Source: a virus. Taken from it: a stretch of 64,000 bases of DNA. Both the position numbers and the translations under genes were made by a program. This document shows, one piece after another, positions 16,445-25,406 of the stretch. Positions within the stretch are counted from its first letter, which is position 1. Each line of letters starts with the position of its first letter. The notes under the pieces were generated by a model that was not told where the DNA came from, ran no database searches, and was given only the letters and a program-made list of their open reading frames with translations. The stretch is taken from IMG/VR virus record IMGVR_UViG_3300045988_177034. One strand, 5' to 3'.

Positions 16445-16960
16445 TTAGGCGTTGGGACCAGAAAAAGAATCGATAATTTCATCGATGTGGACGTCCAAGT
16501 CGGACTTGTCATCCTCTTTCTTGGCAGGCTGTTTTACAGGAACAACGATATCAGGCTCATTCTTCTTTTCCTCCGCCGCCTTTTCTTCAACAGGCTTCTC
16601 TGCGGATTCATCCTTGGCCTCAGTGACCTCGGACGCGCTATCGGAATCCACCTTGCCGGATTCATCCTTATCGGCATCAGGATTCGCCTCGGTTGCCTTA
16701 TCAGCATCCTTTTTCGGCTCATCATGCTTGCGCTCTACGCGGATGACATGAACGGCAGCCACGGGCGCATGATGAATATCATCGATGCAATCATCACAAC
16801 CGCAGCACTCATCACAGTCATCACAATCGTCGTCATCATAAAGATAACCGTCATCCTCCAACTCTTTGATGACCTCGTTCTTCACATACTTGGTCGTGAG
16901 TTTCAGGGCAACGGCTGCAACGGTGGCGGCACCAATAACGGACAGAATGTTCTTCTTCAT
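16445..16960 (-). CDS. N-terminally membrane-anchored acidic Cys/Asp-rich protein (171 aa)
   Basis: AGGAG ribosome-binding site; N-terminal transmembrane helix; CDDCDECCGCDDCIDD cluster; first gene after the family-2 promoter at 17008-17036. Confidence 0.6.
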   Translation of the reverse strand: MKKNILSVIGAATVAAVALKLTTKYVKNEVIKELEDDGYLYDDDDCDDCDECCGCDDCIDDIHHAPVAAVHVIRVERKHDEPKKDADKATEANPDADKDESGKVDSDSASEVTEAKDESAEKPVEEKAAEEKKNEPDIVVPVKQPAKKEDDKSDLDVHIDEIIDSFSGPNA

Positions 16961-17007
16961 AAATTTCTCCTTTGACTAAAAAGCAATGTTTCGCTTGGAA
17001 TATTTAT

Positions 17008-17036
17008 ATTATACCACATAAATATAATGTGGTCAA
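17008..17036 (-). promoter_or_regulatory. family-2 conserved promoter: TTGACC - 17 nt ending TGTGG - TATAAT (extended -10, core TGTGGTATAATATA)
   Basis: minus-strand read gtaTTGACCacattatatttatgtggTATAATataaat; likely drives the operon 16960 to 11361 (three unknown genes, then secY, secG, secE, prolyl isomerase, sortase). Confidence 0.65.
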
Positions 17037-17051
17037 TACAAATTGCGAATA

Positions 17052-17079
17052 AAAAAATGCCCCGCCAAAGCAGGGCATG
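17052..17079 (-). terminator. intrinsic terminator (ATGCCCTGC-tttg-GCGGGGCAT plus T7)
   Basis: follows the stop of gene 17098..17751; canonical terminator-then-promoter order here. Confidence 0.65.
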
Positions 17080-17097
17080 TAAAATATCATAAGTGTC

Positions 17098-17751
17098 TTA
17101 TCGAATACCGTATCCCATATCTTGTCGTACAAGTTTTATTTCTGAAGTGCTTTTCAGACTATCGGGGAACATCTCTTTAGCGTAATCCTGATAGCGTTTC
17201 GTAACATACTTTACGCCGAGTTCTTCCGGTTTGATATCTGCTGCGGTCTTTCTGATACGTTGATTCGATGCGCGAGAAGAACATTTCTTGCATAAGCAAA
17301 GCGCGACATTAGAAATGCCTTCATTCCCGCAGACGGCGCATTTTGCATGCGTCTTATCTCTATCCCATTCCTTTATTTCTTTTCCGTTTTCCGGGTCTAT
17401 TACAAGGCGGTTGCGCTTACAGCGGCGCACATAGAACACGCTTTGGCAGCAGGCAACGCATAAGCCTAAATCTTTGCGGTAGTGAGAAGAGAGACCATCT
17501 GTGACTTCACCGCACAAAAGGCATTTATTTTGAGAAACAATATTCTTGTACTTATTAGCCTTGTTCTCTAATAGCTTTTTTATGATTTCACCGGTCTTAT
17601 CTGGTTCAGGAGGATACGCATCCCATCCGTTTACAGGAAAAAAGCTGGAAAAGTCGTTCCATTCATCATCAGAAAACGAACAGCCGACAGGTTTGAGTAT
17701 CTTAGGGAGTTTATTGGACCATACTTTTTCTGCATTAGACTTCTTCGGCAT
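17098..17751 (-). CDS. Cys-rich hypothetical protein (217 aa; start MPKKSNAEK)
   Basis: ORF 17098..17808 trimmed to the ATG at 17751 with a GGAGG ribosome-binding site; several CxxC pairs. Confidence 0.6.
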   Translation of the reverse strand: MPKKSNAEKVWSNKLPKILKPVGCSFSDDEWNDFSSFFPVNGWDAYPPEPDKTGEIIKKLLENKANKYKNIVSQNKCLLCGEVTDGLSSHYRKDLGLCVACCQSVFYVRRCKRNRLVIDPENGKEIKEWDRDKTHAKCAVCGNEGISNVALCLCKKCSSRASNQRIRKTAADIKPEELGVKYVTKRYQDYAKEMFPDSLKSTSEIKLVRQDMGYGIR

Positions 17752-17782
17752 ACAGGCTCCTCCTTTGGAAGGAGTGACAGAA

Positions 17783-19207
17783 TCAATATTCTGCCACGAT
17801 GTTATCATCGGGTTTCTTCTTTATCAAAGAGTCCCCGAATCGATTTACATGTTCTTTCGGCGGTTCAATGACCTCGATATCGGTATCCTCCACCTTTTCG
17901 ATTTCGTCAGAGGAATCGTCATCTTTTTCGTTCTGAACCTTATCCGATGGATTGGTGATTTGTGCATCCTCTTTTGCAACATCTGAAAGCAAATCAAATG
18001 TCAACTGAGAATTTGAGGACGCTGGTTTCTTTTCTCTTTTCTTGGTTGTTTGGCGTTTTTTGGAAGTTCTTTTTGACTTTACAGGTTCATTGGAACCACC
18101 ATCGCTTGTTTTTGCACTTGCTGTATTTGAATCAGCAACCGCATCCGCTGAAGCCTTATCCTTGTTTGTTTCTGTGACGGGTTCCTGAACCTTTTTGTTT
18201 TTTGATAAATCATCTTTGTCGGATTGTTTTGATTCCAAAGCAGAAGACTCTTGTGCGTTTGAGCCTTGCTCTTCTTGCACTACAGATTCTTCCTTTACTG
18301 GAACCTTGGCAGTTCCCTTCTGCAAAAGGCCATCGATTGCTACAACGGCCTCAGACTTCTTTTCTTCGGACTCCGCCTTCTGTACTGCACGGCGAATCGC
18401 CTCGGTTTTTTCTTTCTTTTCTTTTTCTGCTGATGCGGTATTTTCGTTTTCCTTTATCTCAGCAGGCACATTCATGTCAGATTTCGAATTCCACCACTTT
18501 TCAATAGTAGTAATCGTTCTTTCTACTAATATTATACCACAAAATTTGTGGTTTGACAACTTGCGGCTCGGTACAAAGCATACAATGCCGCACAGAGAAA
18601 CAACCAGTAAAACAATAGCAAGTCCTGCATCAAAAATAAAACAGATAAACGACACCGGAATCAGCAGCTCGCAGATACCGCGCATGATAAATACTGTTTT
18701 ATCTCCTTGGTCTTTTCGGTTTTGCATAAAACTGTCTCTCCCCTTCTGCGGGTGATAAGACAAACCACTTGACAAGCCGTTTGTTGCCCAATCACAAGGT
18801 ATCTCGTAAGTCTTTTCTCCTAAGCTGTCTGTGTACTGAATTACAGCAATATCAAAATACTCACCATTCTTCTGTGATGCCAAGAATGCACGTAAGAATT
18901 CATTTCCAACAGACCGCGCAGGAACAATAATCGTTTCGATGCCGTCAGAATCTTTTGCGGCGATATCTACTACATAGGTATCATCTTCACCGCGCCATAC
19001 GTTCTGCACAATACCGCGCACCAATATACCGCGCTTATGAACACGCCTTCCCATAAAAGTAAAGGAGTTTTCAGAATACCACGTGTTTACCATGCAATAC
19101 GCAGCAATAATAAGCAATGTAAGGTACTTAACATTTATGGTGATAATGCTTAAAGAAAAAATATACGGAACGAGCATCAGCAAGACGAATGATACAAAGC
19201 TATTCAC
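17783..19207 (-). CDS. membrane protein (474 aa): transmembrane helix - soluble domain - transmembrane helix, then a long K/E/S-rich tail
   Basis: ORF track; hydrophobic segments at residues 5-40 and 175-215; contains an in-frame copy of the family-2 promoter at 18531-18559. Confidence 0.6.
   Translation of the reverse strand: MNSFVSFVLLMLVPYIFSLSIITINVKYLTLLIIAAYCMVNTWYSENSFTFMGRRVHKRGILVRGIVQNVWRGEDDTYVVDIAAKDSDGIETIIVPARSVGNEFLRAFLASQKNGEYFDIAVIQYTDSLGEKTYEIPCDWATNGLSSGLSYHPQKGRDSFMQNRKDQGDKTVFIMRGICELLIPVSFICFIFDAGLAIVLLVVSLCGIVCFVPSRKLSNHKFCGIILVERTITTIEKWWNSKSDMNVPAEIKENENTASAEKEKKEKTEAIRRAVQKAESEEKKSEAVVAIDGLLQKGTAKVPVKEESVVQEEQGSNAQESSALESKQSDKDDLSKNKKVQEPVTETNKDKASADAVADSNTASAKTSDGGSNEPVKSKRTSKKRQTTKKREKKPASSNSQLTFDLLSDVAKEDAQITNPSDKVQNEKDDDSSDEIEKVEDTDIEVIEPPKEHVNRFGDSLIKKKPDDNIVAEY
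18531..18559 (-). promoter_or_regulatory. family-2 promoter copy embedded inside the coding sequence of ORF 17783..19207
   Basis: minus-strand read gTTGTCAaaccacaaattttgtggTATAATattagt with the full TGTGGTATAATAT core; an in-frame ATG (MNVPAEIK) follows at 18475. Confidence 0.4.
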
Positions 19208-19887
19208 TTTGAATCACCGCCTTCGCCAAATCCGTCCAAAAAGACAAGATTTTCTTTTGTGTGTTTCTTTTTTTGTTCAATAACTTCTTTTTCAGCTTCT
19301 TGTTTGACTTTATCGTACGCTTCCAACGGACTCATAGAAGGTACTGATTTCTGCGTATCAGCAGGGACGATAGTATCATCGTTTTTGACGGCTGTCGTTA
19401 CACGACTGCAGGTTACGAGATTTCTGTCATTAAACGCAGTTACGCCATCCTCATTTGATTTAAAAATAAAGTCATACATAGCACCAACGAAGAAAGAGTT
19501 TTTAACGTTTTTCTTTGATTCGTTGACGCTGAGGAAAAAATCGTATTTTCCGTTTTTGTCGATAAACTCTCCATCCTCATTGACAGGGATGATTCGATAG
19601 GTTGAAATCTGCTGGCGAATCATATTTTTGCTGGACTCATCGGATACAACAATTCCCTTAACAGTCTTATACCGTTCATTTTTTTCATCATTATGAATCT
19701 CATAAATTTGAAAAATAAAATAAGCGGCGCACATCAAGCCGATGAGAAGAATCTTCCACTCCTGCATTACAACAACACCGAAAATAGAAGCAATCAAGAA
19801 CAGAATAGCGATAAGCCCATTCTTCACATACATAGATGTGATAAGAGATTTGCAATCCGGATGATAAATCTTAGACATTTTATTCAC
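19204..19887 (-). CDS. membrane protein (227 aa; 2 N-terminal transmembrane helices plus a soluble domain)
   Basis: ORF track; overlaps neighbours by 4-8 nt, suggesting coupling. Confidence 0.6.
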   Translation of the reverse strand: MNKMSKIYHPDCKSLITSMYVKNGLIAILFLIASIFGVVVMQEWKILLIGLMCAAYFIFQIYEIHNDEKNERYKTVKGIVVSDESSKNMIRQQISTYRIIPVNEDGEFIDKNGKYDFFLSVNESKKNVKNSFFVGAMYDFIFKSNEDGVTAFNDRNLVTCSRVTTAVKNDDTIVPADTQKSVPSMSPLEAYDKVKQEAEKEVIEQKKKHTKENLVFLDGFGEGGDSK

Positions 19888-20866
19888 CGCCTTCTACGTT
19901 AGAATCTTTATCTGCGCTGTTTGTCGTACTGGCAGACTGTAAAATGCTTGCACCCTGCTCATTCAAAACATCCTCGATTGTCTTGTCGCGTAGTTTGATG
20001 CTGGACAAAACGACATCGTAAGACTCCCCAGACGAAGTAGTTACCCGTGCGATATATTGAATGGTCGTATCCCCCGCAAGCAATGCGCCATCTATTGTTT
20101 GCTTCTGACGATTTCCATCCTTATCTTCGGTCTCAACCACATACATATCCTGTGACGCTTTTTGTGCAGATACAGAAGACGTCATAACAATATCTCCGGC
20201 CTTCATATCAGAGGTCGCGAACTTGTTTACGATGGAACCTGTTCTATCCACAAAGAACACGGGGGTATCCTGCTGCATCTTCCCGTCGCCATCTACAAAA
20301 TGCGAACCGCATAAGGATTCGTATTCGTTGACACTCAAAGTCTTATAGCTGAGTTCTGAATCCTCAATGGTATCCCCGGAAGGAATATCCACATTTACGA
20401 CAGCAACTTTATATTCTCCGGTAAGCTGTCCACTGATTTGGACCCAGTTTGTGTATACGAAGAAGCCAATAGCGATGGCGACAACGGCAACAATGAACAT
20501 TGCGATACCGATATTACGCTTGTTATTGTTTTTGATGATTTGTGCCTGTTCTAGGATTTCCTTACTGGCATGCTTAGTATCTTTAAGCGTCTGGTTTGCT
20601 TCATCCAGTGTATCGCTTGTCTTTGTAAGCACTTCGTAAGCTTTGGTCTCTCTATGGCCGACATTCACATTCAGCCCTTTTGCGCCATTGTTATTGGCAG
20701 ACTTTGCGTTGTTGTATTCGGCGCGAAGCGTTTCCACAACGGAATCGTCAAGCGTCATCTGTTCCCCGTTGGGCAGAATTACCGTACCATCATCATAGAC
20801 ATCGAAAACACGTTCCTTGCCTTCATACATGGCGCGTACCTGACCGATAACATAATGTTCGTTCAT
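19880..20866 (-). CDS. single-pass membrane protein (328 aa; start MNEHYVIG)
   Basis: ORF 19880..20941 trimmed to the ATG at 20866 (AAGGGGTG ribosome-binding site), which removes the overlap with gene 20881..21375. Confidence 0.55.
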   Translation of the reverse strand: MNEHYVIGQVRAMYEGKERVFDVYDDGTVILPNGEQMTLDDSVVETLRAEYNNAKSANNNGAKGLNVNVGHRETKAYEVLTKTSDTLDEANQTLKDTKHASKEILEQAQIIKNNNKRNIGIAMFIVAVVAIAIGFFVYTNWVQISGQLTGEYKVAVVNVDIPSGDTIEDSELSYKTLSVNEYESLCGSHFVDGDGKMQQDTPVFFVDRTGSIVNKFATSDMKAGDIVMTSSVSAQKASQDMYVVETEDKDGNRQKQTIDGALLAGDTTIQYIARVTTSSGESYDVVLSSIKLRDKTIEDVLNEQGASILQSASTTNSADKDSNVEGGE

Positions 20867-20880
20867 GTTTATCACACCCC

Positions 20881-21375
20881 TTATCTCTTGTACTTTTCGA
20901 ACACCTTGCGCGAAGGAGCTCTCGGGCCGCACATCTTGCACTTTTTACTCTGCTCAACATAATCAATGAGCATCTGACGTTCCCATTCAAGGTATTCGTC
21001 CATATTTTTTTCTTTCCATGAATCGAATTTGCCGTATGAAACACCGAGATAACTGGCGAATATGCTGACAGCATTCAGCATATAATCATTCGGGATTACA
21101 ACCCTTTTCCCGTCCAGATTGTAAGCATGTCCCGTAGTGATTTTGTTTCTTGTCTGTCCTATCTTCATTCGCCTCGTTTCTGTGTTCTTCTTTACCTGAG
21201 TTTCTCTTCTTAGGGTACTGCAGGACTTACAATATTGAGTGTTTTTGGCGGTAGAATAAAAAATCCTGCCGCATTCCTTGCATTTGCGTTCGTACGTTAT
21301 GGTTTTAGGAGTTGTACTTTGTTTTTGGGTTTCTGTATGGTTGCTGTTTTCAGAAGTACAATGATTCCGAGCCAT
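20881..21375 (-). CDS. zinc-ribbon-containing hypothetical protein (164 aa)
   Basis: CKECGRIF...CKSC and CKMCG motifs. Confidence 0.55.
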   Translation of the reverse strand: MARNHCTSENSNHTETQKQSTTPKTITYERKCKECGRIFYSTAKNTQYCKSCSTLRRETQVKKNTETRRMKIGQTRNKITTGHAYNLDGKRVVIPNDYMLNAVSIFASYLGVSYGKFDSWKEKNMDEYLEWERQMLIDYVEQSKKCKMCGPRAPSRKVFEKYKR

Positions 21376-21391
21376 AATCTGTACCTCTTAT

Positions 21392-22453
21392 TTAAACGCG
21401 AGCGTCAATCAGGCAATTCAGCAGCCCGTTCGCGTCACAGCCAAACAATAAGCATCCGAACACACCAATGGCATGCCCTTTTCTGGTAGAGAATGTTCCT
21501 GCCGTAACACCAAGATGCCCGGCAATCTGCTCATCTGTCCAGTTGTACTTTTTCCCCTCAATCATTGCAAGGATAACGTCATAATAACGTTGACCAAGCG
21601 GAAACTGTTTCATGATTTCGACAGCCCCTCGTATGAGTTTCACATACTCCACAATGAGATAGGCATCGCTTCTGTTTTTATCAGAAACTTTGATTTTACT
21701 CAAATCTTCGTACGAAGAAGACCCAAGCAGTTTCATGGCGGGGTCCTTTGACCGTGAGGCACGATACAGAATACGCGTGTATTCCGTAAGAAGCAGCGGA
21801 ACATTATGATAAAGGCTTGCTTCTTCTACCCCGTCCACATCACTGCTTGTCATCAGGATTTTATAATATTCCTTGATAACACTACCTGCTGTATTGTAAA
21901 CGGATTCAATGCACCGCTCGCAATACTTCATGATTTTGATGCGTCCATTCTTCGGAAGAACAGCGGGATTCAAAAAGCAATCAAACACCTCCCGCATGCT
22001 GGAACAATAATCGACTTCGTACAAGAGTTCTAACCGCGACTCCTCAATGGCGTCAAGAAGCATCTGACAACTTTCGAAGTATTCTTTGCGTTTCCTGAAA
22101 TGCAAAGACTCTTCCTCAATGTTCGGAGCCAGCCAGCTCTGAATACGGCGCAGACGGGAAATGGCTTCGACATCGCACATCTCATCGTCGTGAACGTTTT
22201 CACAGTTCTGCATCATGACATCAAGGTCTTGTGCCTGCATCATCCATTTGAGTGCCGGATACAATATCATCAGAACAGCCGCTTCTTTCAGTTCCGGCCT
22301 CTCTTCCACAACACGGTTTACGCACTTTGTCAGCACATAAGAATTGGGAATGTCTCCGCCAAAACTTCTACGCAGAACAATGTTGTCCTGCATAATAGCA
22401 TCGAGCAATGCGTAAAGCTGCTGCTCTTGGGCTTTATTCAATGCTTCGGACAA
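21392..22453 (-). CDS. putative transcription regulator with a sigma-70 region-4-like C-terminal helix-turn-helix (353 aa; TTG start)
   Basis: C-terminal segment NWTDEQIAGHLGVTAGTFSTRKGHAI resembles the sigma-70 region-4 helix-turn-helix; GGAGGGAAGG ribosome-binding site before TTG 22453. Confidence 0.5.
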   Translation of the reverse strand: MSEALNKAQEQQLYALLDAIMQDNIVLRRSFGGDIPNSYVLTKCVNRVVEERPELKEAAVLMILYPALKWMMQAQDLDVMMQNCENVHDDEMCDVEAISRLRRIQSWLAPNIEEESLHFRKRKEYFESCQMLLDAIEESRLELLYEVDYCSSMREVFDCFLNPAVLPKNGRIKIMKYCERCIESVYNTAGSVIKEYYKILMTSSDVDGVEEASLYHNVPLLLTEYTRILYRASRSKDPAMKLLGSSSYEDLSKIKVSDKNRSDAYLIVEYVKLIRGAVEIMKQFPLGQRYYDVILAMIEGKKYNWTDEQIAGHLGVTAGTFSTRKGHAIGVFGCLLFGCDANGLLNCLIDARV

Positions 22454-22893
22454 TTTGCCTTCCCTCCTTTCGCAAGATTCGTTTCAATATGAATATGCGT
22501 GTTATCATGTACGGTTTCGGACAAAAGGCCACTATAATGGAACATAACCTTGTACTTCTTTGCGCTACAGGCATATTTGAGTCGAGCCCAAAGGTCTTTG
22601 TTATGACTGGGCTCAGTATCGCCGTCCTCTACGCCAAAAGAAGCACCAGTACGCGCAATCGCATTATCGCTGCTGAATACGACAATCTGAGACCCTGTCG
22701 GCAAACCGATGTTCTCGATAATGCGGCAGAGCTCTGCCAATTTCAGCCTTGTATAACCAATTGGAGTAGCCATAAAATAAGTATCCTTCTGTCTATCCGA
22801 CTTGGCGGAAGGATTTACGACAAAACTGTGAACGCACACCTCCCCATTCAGTTCCGGCGTTTTGACGATATCAAGATAAATAATAGCGGCCAT
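22438..22893 (-). CDS. hypothetical protein (151 aa), possibly RNase H-like fold
   Basis: ORF track; weak resemblance only. Confidence 0.5.
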   Translation of the reverse strand: MAAIIYLDIVKTPELNGEVCVHSFVVNPSAKSDRQKDTYFMATPIGYTRLKLAELCRIIENIGLPTGSQIVVFSSDNAIARTGASFGVEDGDTEPSHNKDLWARLKYACSAKKYKVMFHYSGLLSETVHDNTHIHIETNLAKGGKANCPKH

Positions 22894-22919
22894 AAATCGC
22901 TCCCCCTAATGTACAGTAA

Positions 22920-22948
22920 TTGACTTTTTCGCGTTTTTGTGGTATTAT
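22920..22948 (+). promoter_or_regulatory. family-2-type promoter on the plus strand: TTGACT - 17 nt ending TGTGG - TATTAT
   Basis: plus-strand read aaTTGACTttttcgcgtttttgtggTATTATataag, 100 nt upstream of the only sizeable plus-strand gene (23048). Confidence 0.55.
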
Positions 22949-23047
22949 ATAAGTGCAGTAAAGGTATAATTTATATTACCGGTTACAAAGATTGTTGTTT
23001 TCGGTAATTATATAAACTTGTCTGTTAAACCAAGCAGGAGGGAAATT

Positions 23048-23710
23048 ATGAGTAACAATATCAACAACAACCACGAATCGGTAGAGAATATCTTCAATGC
23101 TTTCTTGATGGGAGGCAAAATGAACACTGCTTCCAAGCAAGAACGGGCAAAAATTGTAGATACCTTTATGGAACAGGCAAAATCTTGCTTTGTTGACACG
23201 GAGAATACCGTGAAATATCTGAATGTTCTGATGGAACGGACGAGACTCCGTTATGGGTTTACCGCTGATGAATTTGCAGCAATGTTGGGATACAGCAGCA
23301 CTGCCGCTTACAACAAGACATTCATGCAACCAAATGCAAATTTTGGAACTGTAGTATTTCCTTATGTGGTTCAGTTTTGCTATCTGTTTGGCTATAATCT
23401 GTCAATTCCTGATTCCGTGTCTGCTCCGCAAACAGTGGCAGACCTATACTCTTTGGAACTGGCTTCTTTTCTGATTTCTCTTGGCCCCGATGCAATGGAT
23501 GATATTTCAAGAACATTGGTCGGTGCCGAATATCTTGACCCGAATTTAAGAAAAACAAGTTCTCAAATACTTTCAAAGGCAAAGAAATACTTCTATGGTA
23601 ATGATGGTGAAGCGTTACCCAATGAAGTTCAGTACCGCAACAGATTAGATAACGCTGAGAATAAGATTAAGCGTCTCGATAAAATAGAGAAAGCCAATCA
23701 CGACAAATGA
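23048..23710 (+). CDS. putative DNA-binding regulator (220 aa) with helix-turn-helix-like segment
   Basis: AGGAGGG ribosome-binding site 6 nt upstream of ATG 23048; GFTADEFAAMLGYSSTAAYNK resembles a helix-turn-helix; transcribed divergently from the main gene direction. Confidence 0.65.
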   Translation: MSNNINNNHESVENIFNAFLMGGKMNTASKQERAKIVDTFMEQAKSCFVDTENTVKYLNVLMERTRLRYGFTADEFAAMLGYSSTAAYNKTFMQPNANFGTVVFPYVVQFCYLFGYNLSIPDSVSAPQTVADLYSLELASFLISLGPDAMDDISRTLVGAEYLDPNLRKTSSQILSKAKKYFYGNDGEALPNEVQYRNRLDNAENKIKRLDKIEKANHDK

Positions 23711-24175
23711 TTAGCCGCCAAACATATCGGCTAACTGTAATGCAAGCATCGCTTCTTCTGAAATAGGAGGCGGTGCTTCTTCTGTTTTGGGAGTTGTGTT
23801 GATGGTTTGTGTGTCTGTAATGTTTTGGGGGGAGTCATTTGAAGCTGGCGCAGCTACCGCAATCCCGTTTTTCTGAATGCTGCTTGTCACTGCATCTACA
23901 ATCTGAGGAATACAGCTTCTGATTTCTTCTGCTATTGTGTTTTGCAGTTCCTCTTTTAAGACGGACTGCGCTTCTTGCATCTCATGTTGTTTTGTAGCCT
24001 TGTCGATTATAGCATTTACAACCGCATCAGTTTTTCCGCCGCGTTGCAAACTGTTCAGATAATCATATACAAGTACATGATTGTCTTTGCTTAAATCAAA
24101 AACAAGTGTGGTTCGTACCGTCGTGCCAACGGTTTCTTTTTCTGCTTCATTCTTTTTGGGACGTCCACGCGGCAT
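23711..24175 (-). CDS. ParR-like DNA-binding adaptor with AT-hook (PRGRPKK), 154 aa
   Basis: lies immediately downstream of the ParM-like gene; N-terminal AT-hook; partition-adaptor role inferred from position. Confidence 0.5.
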   Translation of the reverse strand: MPRGRPKKNEAEKETVGTTVRTTLVFDLSKDNHVLVYDYLNSLQRGGKTDAVVNAIIDKATKQHEMQEAQSVLKEELQNTIAEEIRSCIPQIVDAVTSSIQKNGIAVAAPASNDSPQNITDTQTINTTPKTEEAPPPISEEAMLALQLADMFGG

Positions 24176-24208
24176 TCAGTGCTCACCACGCTTTCAAAAA
24201 CGGTGCTC

Positions 24209-25168
24209 TTAAATTTCACCGCTCATGGTCAGCTTTGCACGAGCCATGATTTCATATCCTTTTGCATTTGCGGTTACATCCGTCAAGAAGAAAAGGTTCT
24301 TGGTGTCAATGGCTCGCTCGATGCTTTCGCGCATCATAGCAGAACCACCGCCCATAAAGATGAAATAGGATGTTTTGAAGTCGTCCTTGATTTTTTCGGA
24401 AATCGTACGAATCAATGCTGTTGCATAATTGTCTGCGGTTTCCTTGGCAATTTTCACGGCGTTTTCATCGACCAGCATGTTGTTGTTCCCTGCAAGGATT
24501 GCCTCAGCCATGTAGTCATCGACCGACAAGGAACAATGGACACGCAGCTCGCTCTCGACAGTGCTCAGGAGTTCAATGACTCCACGGTCATAGCTTTCGC
24601 AGAAAGAAAGGTCCGGAGCATAAGTGTTGCCACGACCAGAGAAACGAATCACATCCGTTGTATACCCGCCGATGTCTACAACATAAGAACGGGGATAGCG
24701 CTTGATTTCCTTCTGAATCTCGCCTGCTGCCGTAATAGAAAAGCCCTGAGGATAGACAAAGACATGCTTGACAGTAATCTCGAACGGGATATCTTTGTAC
24801 ATGAAATTGATGAGTTTCCCGTTTTTGCCGAAATACTCATCATACTTCGCTTTCAGGGACATATGCTGCGGGGGCAAGCCCATCGCGAGGCATACATCGT
24901 ATTTGTAGAATTTCTGATTGGGATACTTCTTTATGAGGTTCTTTGCTACGGCAATCAGCGTCAGCAAAAAGTAAGTGTCATCCTTCGTCTTATCCTGCTG
25001 ATAAGGCGTACGGCTGTCATTGAGGGAATAATACTTCCCCATGTAGCACATCGTCTCTCCCTTGATAGCCGGTTCAGTCGTACCATGACGAACAAGACCA
25101 GTGGGAAACGGCTCACAGCCAGGCGTCTTCATTGCCTTGTTTCCGGTATCTACTCCAATAATCTCCAT
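24209..25168 (-). CDS. parM: ParM/StbA-family actin-like segregation ATPase (319 aa; start MEIIGVDTGN)
   Basis: actin-fold phosphate motifs IGVDTGN and VVDIGGYTTDV, adenosine motif FMGGGSAMM; GGAGG ribosome-binding site 7 nt upstream of ATG 25168. Confidence 0.8.
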   Translation of the reverse strand: MEIIGVDTGNKAMKTPGCEPFPTGLVRHGTTEPAIKGETMCYMGKYYSLNDSRTPYQQDKTKDDTYFLLTLIAVAKNLIKKYPNQKFYKYDVCLAMGLPPQHMSLKAKYDEYFGKNGKLINFMYKDIPFEITVKHVFVYPQGFSITAAGEIQKEIKRYPRSYVVDIGGYTTDVIRFSGRGNTYAPDLSFCESYDRGVIELLSTVESELRVHCSLSVDDYMAEAILAGNNNMLVDENAVKIAKETADNYATALIRTISEKIKDDFKTSYFIFMGGGSAMMRESIERAIDTKNLFFLTDVTANAKGYEIMARAKLTMSGEI

Positions 25169-25333
25169 AAAAAATCCTCCGAACGAGTCGCAATATAGTT
25201 GAAAGTACGAATTTTGGGATACTCTGCGTGATAAAATATAAGTGTCTACCAGATAACAATGGGACTCACTGACTGATGTATAGCGGTTGTTAAAACGGAA
25301 AGAACAACTAATATACAACTATCTGTTGTTATC

Positions 25334-25362
25334 ATGATACCACACATGCAGTTGTCCAGCAA
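25334..25362 (-). promoter_or_regulatory. candidate parM promoter (family-2-like variant: TTGCTG - 17 nt ending TGTGTGG - TATCAT); ACAAC/GTTGT iterons downstream
   Basis: minus-strand read cgTTGCTGgacaactgcatgtgtggTATCATgataACAACagataGTTGTatattaGTTGTTc. Confidence 0.35.
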
Positions 25363-25406
25363 CGAACTTTTGTTCGCATAGACAACAAAAAAGAAAGGAG
25401 TTATTT

